A stretch of DNA of 45,486 bases from Terrimicrobiaceae bacterium (GTDB lineage: Bacteria; Verrucomicrobiota; Verrucomicrobiia; Chthoniobacterales; Terrimicrobiaceae), in the NCBI GenBank assembly GCA_041752695.1, contig JBGSVZ010000109.1, forward strand, positions 1-45,486. The letters are read 5' to 3'. Numbering within the stretch: position 1 is the stretch's first letter; every line of letters begins with the position of its first letter. The notes under the pieces were generated by a model that was given only the letters and a program-made list of their open reading frames with translations, searched no databases and was not told the origin of the DNA. This document shows, piece by piece, positions 38,134 to 45,486 of this stretch. A program made the translations under genes and the position numbers.

Positions 38134-41100
38134 GTGTTAAATTCCCAGCACGCTGGATCGGATCGTGTCGTCGTCCCCGCAGAGCCTCCCTCCAACTCAC
38201 GCGAGGCCACAGAATTTCTCCTTTCCGATTTCAGCAATCCCCCGGCGTCCTACCGCCTGGTTCCGTTCTGGAGTTGGAACGAAGAAATGGAGCCCGATGA
38301 GGTTCGCCGGCAGGTGGGCCTGATCAAACAAGGCGGGTGGGGTGGGGCGTTCGTGCACAGTCGCATTGGATTAACGACTCCCTATTTGGGAGCAGATTGG
38401 TTCAAGGCCGTCGACGCGACGTTGGAAGCCTGCCAGAAGGAAGGACTTTTGGTTTGGCTCTATGATGAAGACAAGTGGCCGAGTGGATACAGTGGCGGCA
38501 CGGTCCCCCTGGCTGACCGGCGGTTTCGCGCCAAGGCCTTGCTCGCGCGGCCGTCGGGTGAGGAAGCCCCGGCTGAGTGTGAGCCCCTCGGGGAGCCGGT
38601 GGAGGGGCTTCAGCTTTATCTCTGGACGGCGCCACTTGGCGATCCGTGGTTCAACGGCACCTGTGCGGTGGATCGCGGATCCAAGGCGGCCATGGCCAAA
38701 TTTATCGAGGACGCCTACGAGAGTTATTTTCGTCGTTATGGCAGCCACTACGGCGAGGCGATCCAAGCCGAATTCACCGACGAACCCTGCATGATGTTCC
38801 GGGTTGCCTCTCCGTCCGGAGCGGTGCCCCATTCCGAAGCGGCCTTTGAGCGCTTCGAGGAGATGCATGGCTACGACCCGCGGCCCCACCTGCATCAACT
38901 CTTCACCGAAGCGCCGTCGGCGGAGCGTTTCCGCCTGCACTGGCACCGGACGATCAACGACCTGTTTGAAAATCATTTCTCGCGGCAACTGGGCGATTGG
39001 TGTTCCGAGCATGGGATCAGCCTGACCGGCCACTACATGTGCGAACACGGGGTGTTCGCCCAACAGAATTGGGGGGTGAAAATCATGCCCAATTACCGTC
39101 ATCAGGACATTCCGGGCATCGACCATCTCGGGCGACAGATTCACGAGCGGATCACGGCCAAACAATGTCAGAGCGTGGTCAATCAGTTCGGCAAGAAGCG
39201 GATGTTGAGCGAGCTGTATGGCGTGGCAGGAGGGGGGCTTTCATTCGAAGATCGGAAATGGATTGCCCTTCAGCAAATTGCGCTGGGGGTAAACCTCCTG
39301 AACCCCCATTTGTCGCTCTACACGATGGCCGGTTGCCGTAAGAGGGACTTCCCGCAAAACATTTTTTATCAGCAGCCGTGGTGGGAGCTGAATCATCTGC
39401 TCGACGTGGGATTGGCCCGGCTCTGCTTCGCCATGAGCCAGGGGGCGTGCCGCGCCGGGATCCTCCTGGTTCACCCGCAGGAGTCCGCCCAGGCCCTCTG
39501 GCAGACGCGCACCGCGGGTTTCGACGAGGAATTGACCGCACCTTGGGAAGGCCAGGACTGGAATTCTGTCACGCCAGCGGGCGAGCATCGGATCAAGACC
39601 ATCGAAAAGCAATTTTTCACCTGCATCGACCTCCTCCTGGGTGCCCAGCGTTCGTTCGATCTTGGCGATGAAACCATCCTGCGAGATCACGGAAGGGCGG
39701 TTCGGAAAGATGGCGACATTCATCTTCAGGTTAAAAAGATGCGGTACCGGCTGGTGGTCATCCCGTCCATGGAGACTATGGCCCCCGAAACCTTCCGGCT
39801 CCTGAAGTCCTTCCATGATGCGGGCGGGGCGATTCTCGTCAATGGCGAGCCGCCCCGGAAAACCGATGGCGTCGAGTCCGAGGAGCTTTCGGCCTGGATC
39901 GAATCCCTTCCGCGCACGACCAACGAGCGTTTCGCGGCAGCCATGGAGGAGATTGTGCCGGCTTCCGTTCGGGTCGAGAACGTTCAACGGGGCAACCTCT
40001 CGCTCCTGTGGACCCATCCCCGGCAACTGGAAGACGGCTCCCGCCTGCTTCTCCTGGTCAACTTGAGCCGGACGCAGACATTTTCGGGGGATATCCGGAT
40101 TCAGGACAGTTCGGAATACGCTTATCGTTTCGACGAATCTTCGGGCGCAATCACCCATGTTCCCCTGCGTGTGGACGATTCCAAAGGAATGTTCCTTTCT
40201 GTGGAAATGGCCCCTTGCGAGTGCCGCCTCTTCCTTTTTACCGAGACCCAGAAGCCCGAAGGATTTCTTAGCCGAGCGACTGCATCCGCCCTCCTTACCG
40301 GCATGGAACCGGCCCTCCAGCTCGATCATTGGCGGTACGAACGTCCCGACGACAACGCCTTGACTCTCGATTATGCGGCCTGGAAGGAAGGCGAGGGGGA
40401 TTGGTCCCCCGGCGAGGTTCCGGTGATCGAATTGCAGAATGCCCTCAATGCGCGCAAATACGACGGATTTCTGGCACTGCGGTACGCATTTTGTATGGAC
40501 GGACTCGCGCCGGACCGCCGCTTGCATCTCGTCGTCGAGCACCCGGAAAGATGCCGGATTTTTCTCAATGGCGAAAGGATTCACTATGCCGATCTTCCCT
40601 TTTGGCGGGACATTCGCTGGCTTCCGATCGACATCACCGGCCGGGCAAAGCCGGGGTGTAATCAGATCGTTCTCGAATACGAACCCTTTCAGCACGGCGA
40701 TCCGGCCATCGTGGAACCTGCCACCGCGCGCTACGGGACGGAAATCGAAGCGCTTTACCTTGTGGGAGACTTTTCGGTGGCGGGGAAAATGACCGGGACC
40801 GCCCCGCTGCAGCCCCGGTTCCGCGACTGGCAGGTTCCGCCGGTGGAAGTAGAGACTTTGGAGCGCCGCGGCATCCATCTTGCGGACCCACGACCGCTGC
40901 ACGCGGGAGACGCGACCTCCCAGGGGCTTCCTTTCTACGCGGGACGGCTCAGGATGGACTGTGACCTACCTCCGCTGGACCAGGGGATCGGGCCTGTCTT
41001 TCTGGAGATCGAAAAACTCAATGCTGCCGTGGCGGAAGTTCAAGTCGATGGCTGCACGGTGGGGTATTTCCTGGCGCGTCCCTATAGGGTCGAATTGCCC

Positions 41101-41400
41101 GAGAGCGCCCGCGATGGCCGATCCCACCAGCTCTCCATCGTTCTTTACAGCACGCTGAGAAATCTCCTTGGGCCGCATCATCACGCCGACGGCGAACTCA
41201 TTGAAGTTGGCCCGGACCAATTTTCTTCCCGCGCTATGGCCATCCATTCGGATCGCGCCGAAGCCCTGCTGCGGTGGGCGACCGGGGCAGACGTTCCCTC
41301 CGACTGGAGGCCCGACTACTGCCTGATCCGCTTCGGTGACGTCGGAACCGTCCGCCTGATTCGAGCGTCCGCCGGACCTGCGGAATCGTTGGCTGTTTGA
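38134..41400 (+). CDS. Large glycoside hydrolase, GH106 (alpha-L-rhamnosidase)-like
   Basis: PFWSWN, GG.FVHSR.GL, WLYDEDKWPSG..GG, FTDEP, PGIDHLG and SELYG motifs; C-terminal beta domains (GLPFYAG, TLRNLLGPHH); no signal peptide seen. Confidence 0.82.
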   Translation: MLNSQHAGSDRVVVPAEPPSNSREATEFLLSDFSNPPASYRLVPFWSWNEEMEPDEVRRQVGLIKQGGWGGAFVHSRIGLTTPYLGADWFKAVDATLEACQKEGLLVWLYDEDKWPSGYSGGTVPLADRRFRAKALLARPSGEEAPAECEPLGEPVEGLQLYLWTAPLGDPWFNGTCAVDRGSKAAMAKFIEDAYESYFRRYGSHYGEAIQAEFTDEPCMMFRVASPSGAVPHSEAAFERFEEMHGYDPRPHLHQLFTEAPSAERFRLHWHRTINDLFENHFSRQLGDWCSEHGISLTGHYMCEHGVFAQQNWGVKIMPNYRHQDIPGIDHLGRQIHERITAKQCQSVVNQFGKKRMLSELYGVAGGGLSFEDRKWIALQQIALGVNLLNPHLSLYTMAGCRKRDFPQNIFYQQPWWELNHLLDVGLARLCFAMSQGACRAGILLVHPQESAQALWQTRTAGFDEELTAPWEGQDWNSVTPAGEHRIKTIEKQFFTCIDLLLGAQRSFDLGDETILRDHGRAVRKDGDIHLQVKKMRYRLVVIPSMETMAPETFRLLKSFHDAGGAILVNGEPPRKTDGVESEELSAWIESLPRTTNERFAAAMEEIVPASVRVENVQRGNLSLLWTHPRQLEDGSRLLLLVNLSRTQTFSGDIRIQDSSEYAYRFDESSGAITHVPLRVDDSKGMFLSVEMAPCECRLFLFTETQKPEGFLSRATASALLTGMEPALQLDHWRYERPDDNALTLDYAAWKEGEGDWSPGEVPVIELQNALNARKYDGFLALRYAFCMDGLAPDRRLHLVVEHPERCRIFLNGERIHYADLPFWRDIRWLPIDITGRAKPGCNQIVLEYEPFQHGDPAIVEPATARYGTEIEALYLVGDFSVAGKMTGTAPLQPRFRDWQVPPVEVETLERRGIHLADPRPLHAGDATSQGLPFYAGRLRMDCDLPPLDQGIGPVFLEIEKLNAAVAEVQVDGCTVGYFLARPYRVELPESARDGRSHQLSIVLYSTLRNLLGPHHHADGELIEVGPDQFSSRAMAIHSDRAEALLRWATGADVPSDWRPDYCLIRFGDVGTVRLIRASAGPAESLAV

Positions 41401-41428
41401 GTCTCCGAGGGTTCTTTCTTCCTCCCGC

Positions 41429-42865
41429 ATGAGCAAAGAAATCGATTCGTCCTCGACCCCGGAACGCGTCCCGGCGAAGAAAAAATTCGCGTGGTCCGTC
41501 GGCGCCTTGTTCGAGAATCTGATGGCCAACGGTATTAACGAGTTGGGTCTTCAGATTTTTAATCTGGGGTATGGTGTGAGCCCGATCATGTTCGGTTGGG
41601 CGCAGACGATCCCCCGCGTCCTCGACGCTTTTGCCGATCCCGCGCTTGGCAATTGGTCGGACAATACGAACACCCGCTGGGGGCGCCGGAAGCCTTGGAT
41701 TTTTGTTTCCTCGATTATCTGCATGTTCTTGTTCCTGCTGCTTTGGTGGCCCAACGCGCTCTGGAGTCCCACCGGCATCTTCACCTGGTTCCTGGGCATT
41801 TCCATTCTCTATTACTTCTTCTTCGCGATGTACCAGATCTCCTACAATGCGATGGGGATGGAGTTGACCGAGGACTACCACGAGCGAACGCGGGTTCAAT
41901 CGTGGCGTTATCTGTTCATCATGCTGAGCGTCCCCATTCTGGGATGGGCCTACAAGTTGTGTTTTGTCGATGCCTTCCAGATTGGGCGCCCCGACGGAGC
42001 CGCCAACCCGGAGGTCTTTGGCATCCGCGGGGTGTCTCTGTTGATCGTTGGATTCATGATCCTGTCGCTCATCGGTCCGCTTCTCTTCGTCAAGGAGCGG
42101 CGAACGCCACAGACCGACCAAGCGCCCAAACTCAAGCTCCTGCCGGCGATGAAAGCGACGTTCGGAGACCGGCTGTACCTGCATTTTCTCGCTTTTGTTC
42201 TCTTTGCCGTGCTCGGCACCTTCGTCACTCCGGTGGTGAAATACGTCATCATCTATCATGTCTGCGGCGGGGACAAAGCGGATGGCGCAACGGTCATTGG
42301 CTATTACATGACGTTGGGAATCATCGGCAGCTTCGCAATCATCCCGCTCGTCAATTTCGTGGGCGCACGCATCGGCAAACCGCGTACCCTTCTGCTGGGC
42401 CAGTTGCTCGCTGTCCTGGTGGCCATCTCCACCTGGTGGCTGTTCTCGCCCTCCTCAAAGTATCTCTGCGTCGTTGTCGGCATCTTTTATAACATGGCCC
42501 TCGGAACCGTCCTCATCCTGTACAATTCCGTCATTGCGGACATCTGTGACGTAGACGAAATCAAAACCGGAAAACGACGCGAGGGAATTTATTCCGCGGT
42601 CGGCGGATTCATGTTCAAGCTCGTCTTTTCCGCCAGCACGCTGGTGACCGGGTACATGCTCGTCTTCGCCGGATTCGATGAAAAGCTGGGTGCCCAGCCG
42701 GCCGGGACGCTGGTTAATCTGCGGTTGGTTGTGATGGTCTTCCCGGCGGCGATGGCCGCGATTGCAGCACTTCTCGTTTATAAGTTTCCGCTCACGGAGA
42801 AACGCGTTGCCGAATACAAAGCCGAACTAGACCTGCTGCGTCTTCAGCGCGGGAAATCACTATGA
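41429..42865 (+). CDS. MFS glycoside-pentoside-hexuronide (GPH) sugar transporter
   Basis: DAFADPALGNWSDNTNTRWGRRKPW, ELTEDYHERT and ADICDVDEIKTGKRREGIY motifs; about 12 TM segments. Confidence 0.92.
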   Translation: MSKEIDSSSTPERVPAKKKFAWSVGALFENLMANGINELGLQIFNLGYGVSPIMFGWAQTIPRVLDAFADPALGNWSDNTNTRWGRRKPWIFVSSIICMFLFLLLWWPNALWSPTGIFTWFLGISILYYFFFAMYQISYNAMGMELTEDYHERTRVQSWRYLFIMLSVPILGWAYKLCFVDAFQIGRPDGAANPEVFGIRGVSLLIVGFMILSLIGPLLFVKERRTPQTDQAPKLKLLPAMKATFGDRLYLHFLAFVLFAVLGTFVTPVVKYVIIYHVCGGDKADGATVIGYYMTLGIIGSFAIIPLVNFVGARIGKPRTLLLGQLLAVLVAISTWWLFSPSSKYLCVVVGIFYNMALGTVLILYNSVIADICDVDEIKTGKRREGIYSAVGGFMFKLVFSASTLVTGYMLVFAGFDEKLGAQPAGTLVNLRLVVMVFPAAMAAIAALLVYKFPLTEKRVAEYKAELDLLRLQRGKSL

Positions 42866-44328
42866 ACAATTTTCACAAGATCGTGTTTGGCGCAGCCTGG
42901 GCGGTGGCCTTTTCGCTTGGCAATGCGCAGGCCGGGAAGAACGTGCTCCTGATTCTTTGTGACGATCTGGGTCCGCACCTTTCCGTCCTTGGGACCCCGG
43001 GGATACAAACTCCGAACATTGACAAATTGGCCGCCCAAGGAACGCTTTTTGACAGGGCCTACTCCCCCGCAGCCTCCTGCGCGCCCTGCCGAACTTCCAT
43101 CCTAACCGGCATGGCGCCACATTCACACGGCACCTGGCGCAATGTGGTCAGTCCCGTGCTCGGCAGCCCCGACAAGGAATTTACGAGGGAAGGAACGCAT
43201 TTTGACACCCAAGTCGGCCTCCATGAGGACATTCCCACCCTGCCTGAAATTCTGAACGCCCACGGTTTCTTCACTGCGATCACACAGAAGACCCATCTCA
43301 GCCCGCCGTGGAAATTTCCGTTTGAGGGGAGGGACACCGCGGCCCACGCCCCCGGCCAATATGAGACGGCAATGAGGAAGTTCTTTCAACGGGCCGGGAA
43401 CCGCCCGTTTTTCATTCAGGCAAACATTTCGGCTCCCCACCGTCCGTTCGGGCAATACGCCAAATTCAATCCGGAACAGCGTCTTCCTGAGGCTGAGAAA
43501 ATGCACATTCCGGCCTATCTGCCCGACGTACCTGCGGTCCGCGAGGAAATGCGCGAGTATATGGCGGCTGTGGAGATCGCAGACCGGATCGTTGGCACAG
43601 TTCTTGCCGAAGTTGCCAAAGCGCGGCCGGACGACGAAACACTGATCATCTTCACCTCCGATCAGGGTTACGGGTTCCAACGCGCCAAGGCTTCGCCCTA
43701 CGCCGCCGGCCTCCGAATCCCCATGATCTTCCAAGGACCCGGCGTGGTAGCTGACCAGCGGAATGCCACGCTGGTATCCCTCATTGATCTCATGCCGACC
43801 ATCCTCGACTTTCTCGACGTGGAGGTTCCCGCTACCGTCCAGGGAAAATCCCTCTGGCCCCTCCTCTCTGGTCAGGCAAAGGATCTTCCCCGACGCGAGT
43901 TACTTTTCGCCGAGCACAACTCGCATGGACCCGTCCCTGCCGAATTTTATCCTAGCCGCGTCGTGACCGACGGACGCTTCTACCTGATCGAGAACTTGGA
44001 TCCGTCCAAGTCCTACCTCCTGCCCGAGGACCTGAAGCACGAGAAGGTCTGGGGAAATAAATCTTACCAAGCAACACTTGATGCCAGGGACCAGTTCCCG
44101 ATTCCCTATAAGCTCCTCCGGGAACTCGAGCAGGGCCGCGGTGCTCTCGAGTTCTACGACAATCATTCAGATCCCGAACAGATCCAAAACCTCGTTTCGC
44201 GTCCCGAATACCAGGCTAGGATCCAGAAAATGAAGCAGGCCCTTGATGTCTGGCGTCGCGAAACCGGGGACATCCAAAAGTCGGTCGGTGAGTTCCGATG
44301 GCGTCATGGGCCTGCAGGGCAACCTTAG
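42862..44328 (+). CDS. Secreted Cys-type sulfatase (N-sulfoglucosamine sulfohydrolase-like)
   Basis: Signal peptide, ILCDDLG, TPNIDKLA, formylglycine motif CAPCRTSILTG, PHRP, FTSDQG and DLMPTILD. Confidence 0.92.
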   Translation: MNNFHKIVFGAAWAVAFSLGNAQAGKNVLLILCDDLGPHLSVLGTPGIQTPNIDKLAAQGTLFDRAYSPAASCAPCRTSILTGMAPHSHGTWRNVVSPVLGSPDKEFTREGTHFDTQVGLHEDIPTLPEILNAHGFFTAITQKTHLSPPWKFPFEGRDTAAHAPGQYETAMRKFFQRAGNRPFFIQANISAPHRPFGQYAKFNPEQRLPEAEKMHIPAYLPDVPAVREEMREYMAAVEIADRIVGTVLAEVAKARPDDETLIIFTSDQGYGFQRAKASPYAAGLRIPMIFQGPGVVADQRNATLVSLIDLMPTILDFLDVEVPATVQGKSLWPLLSGQAKDLPRRELLFAEHNSHGPVPAEFYPSRVVTDGRFYLIENLDPSKSYLLPEDLKHEKVWGNKSYQATLDARDQFPIPYKLLRELEQGRGALEFYDNHSDPEQIQNLVSRPEYQARIQKMKQALDVWRRETGDIQKSVGEFRWRHGPAGQP

Positions 44329-44428
44329 GTTTTCCCCTCCTGCCCGCCGCTTGGCATTCAGCCTGATCGAATTCCTTGTGGACAGCTCTGGAATCCGAAC
44401 GTCTGCGCGAACACCGACCCAGCCATGA
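44306..44428 (+). pseudogene. Remnant of a prepilin-type N-terminal cleavage/methylation protein
   Basis: RRLAFSLIEFLV matches the type IV prepilin motif, but the hydrophobic helix breaks off immediately (DSSGI…). Confidence 0.5.
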
Positions 44429-44617
44429 CCCTGACCTGATGCCGGTTGCGGGCCGAACGGGTTGGGCAGGCCCCGTCAGTTGTCTCAGCGCTCGGAACGC
44501 CATTAATAATATAGCCCAACGTGGGAACAAAAGCCGCGCGGATGCAGATGTCGGCATTCTGGGCGAGCCCGGCTGCGGGGAACTCCCTAAGAAATTAGTC
44601 GAATCCAAAAACCATCC

Positions 44618-44650
44618 TTGACGCCGGTTTTCAGATTGGTATTATGCCAA
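44618..44650 (+). promoter_or_regulatory. Putative sigma70 promoter with an overlapping palindromic operator
   Basis: TTGACG-N16-TATTAT, with the palindrome TTGGTATTATGCCAA (44636-44650) covering the -10. Confidence 0.6.
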
Positions 44651-44700
44651 AAGTGTCAGGGGCATCATCCAAAATCCCCACACCCACCCCATCCCCCCCG

Positions 44701-45372
44701 ATGAACCGCAAAGCTTCCCTAAAAGCCCTCCTTTCGATTTCCGTGCCATCGAGCACCCGCTCCACCCTCGCAACTGTCCGCGCCCTCGGACGCGCCCCGA
44801 TAGTTTGGGTCACAAAAGCGAATGCACAGACCCATGCCGAATCGAGCAGAATAGGAATAAAGAGATACGCGGGGCTCCTCCTTGCGGCGCTCCTGCCTGC
44901 CGTGGGCGTTAATCCGGCGCTGGCCGGCAAGCCGACCACTTGGGTGCGAAACTTGTCCCAGTTGGACGTCCCCAGTCCAAACTGCTTCGCAACTCAGGAT
45001 TTTAATCCGCAGCGCGGCTGGGGTTACCGGGATTACAAAAATGCCAGTGAATGCCAGGAGCTGATGAAGCAGGCGGCCCGGGCTGGGATTAAGGTTGTGC
45101 TGCTCGACCAGACGAGTTTCAACTCGGACTGGTTTGACGCTTACAACGCTAATCCGTACGGCGCTATGTCCGGCAACATCCTCGCGGGAATCAAAACCCA
45201 GGAAGCGGCCCACCGCAACGGGATGACGGTGGCGAACGTAATAGGTTTTGAGGTGGGAAGCTTCAGCAATGCTGCCTGGGATGAGGCTAATAAAATCGCC
45301 GAAATTTTCTGGAACGAAAACGTTACAAAGCCGGGCTATGAATACGCCAACGGTGTTGAAGGTAGCTGCTAA
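44701..45372 (+). CDS. Secreted hypothetical protein, distantly GH99-like and probably truncated
   Basis: Signal-like LLLAALLPAVGVNPALA. GYRDY…MKQAARAGIKVVLLDQT resembles GKYDS…WLTDAGVDFVWLDWS of the 35.5-kb protein. It stops too early for a full barrel. The ATG at 44644 lies inside the predicted -10, so 44701 is preferred. Confidence 0.5.
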   Translation: MNRKASLKALLSISVPSSTRSTLATVRALGRAPIVWVTKANAQTHAESSRIGIKRYAGLLLAALLPAVGVNPALAGKPTTWVRNLSQLDVPSPNCFATQDFNPQRGWGYRDYKNASECQELMKQAARAGIKVVLLDQTSFNSDWFDAYNANPYGAMSGNILAGIKTQEAAHRNGMTVANVIGFEVGSFSNAAWDEANKIAEIFWNENVTKPGYEYANGVEGSC

Positions 45373-45486
45373 GTGACAACGCTTATTCATAACGTTAAGG
45401 GGCCAGCAGCCCCGCCACGACCCTGGTTTTTCGGATATCGAAAAACCATTCCTTTGATGGGAAGGCAAAAAAGAACGGCATTTCTG

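Overview
GC-rich bacterial window, most likely Verrucomicrobia (Chthoniobacterales/Terrimicrobium-like). This is an inference from the PEP-CTERM protein, the prepilin-type remnant, the short AtpH and the lack of Shine-Dalgarno sites. Bases 1-31,760 look like core genome: a DUF2760 + two atypical Hsp70 operon, RibD-like and flippase-like genes, a candidate nucleoid protein, oxidoreductases, serA, a site-2 protease, a complete F1Fo ATP synthase operon (atpBEFHAGDC), a PEP-CTERM adhesin-like protein, a pectate lyase, a DR2241-like Fe-S protein, purC, an AI-2E transporter and a GH63 glucosidase. Intergenic spaces carry REP-like palindromes and heptamer-repeat arrays. From about 31,990 onward is a partly decayed carbohydrate-utilisation island. 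It holds IS21, IS5 and ISL3 remnants and broken glycosidase genes, plus a GH99-like gene, a GntR/LacI-type regulator, a GH106-like hydrolase, an MFS transporter and a sulfatase, with a shared 15-bp operator-like palindrome at three promoters. The best candidate for an undescribed system is the three-gene operon of a membrane-anchored, GrpE-like DUF2760 protein and two Hsp70 ATPases that lack the normal DnaK substrate-binding domain. No tRNA, rRNA or CRISPR array was recognised. All family calls are by eye from motifs, without database searches.
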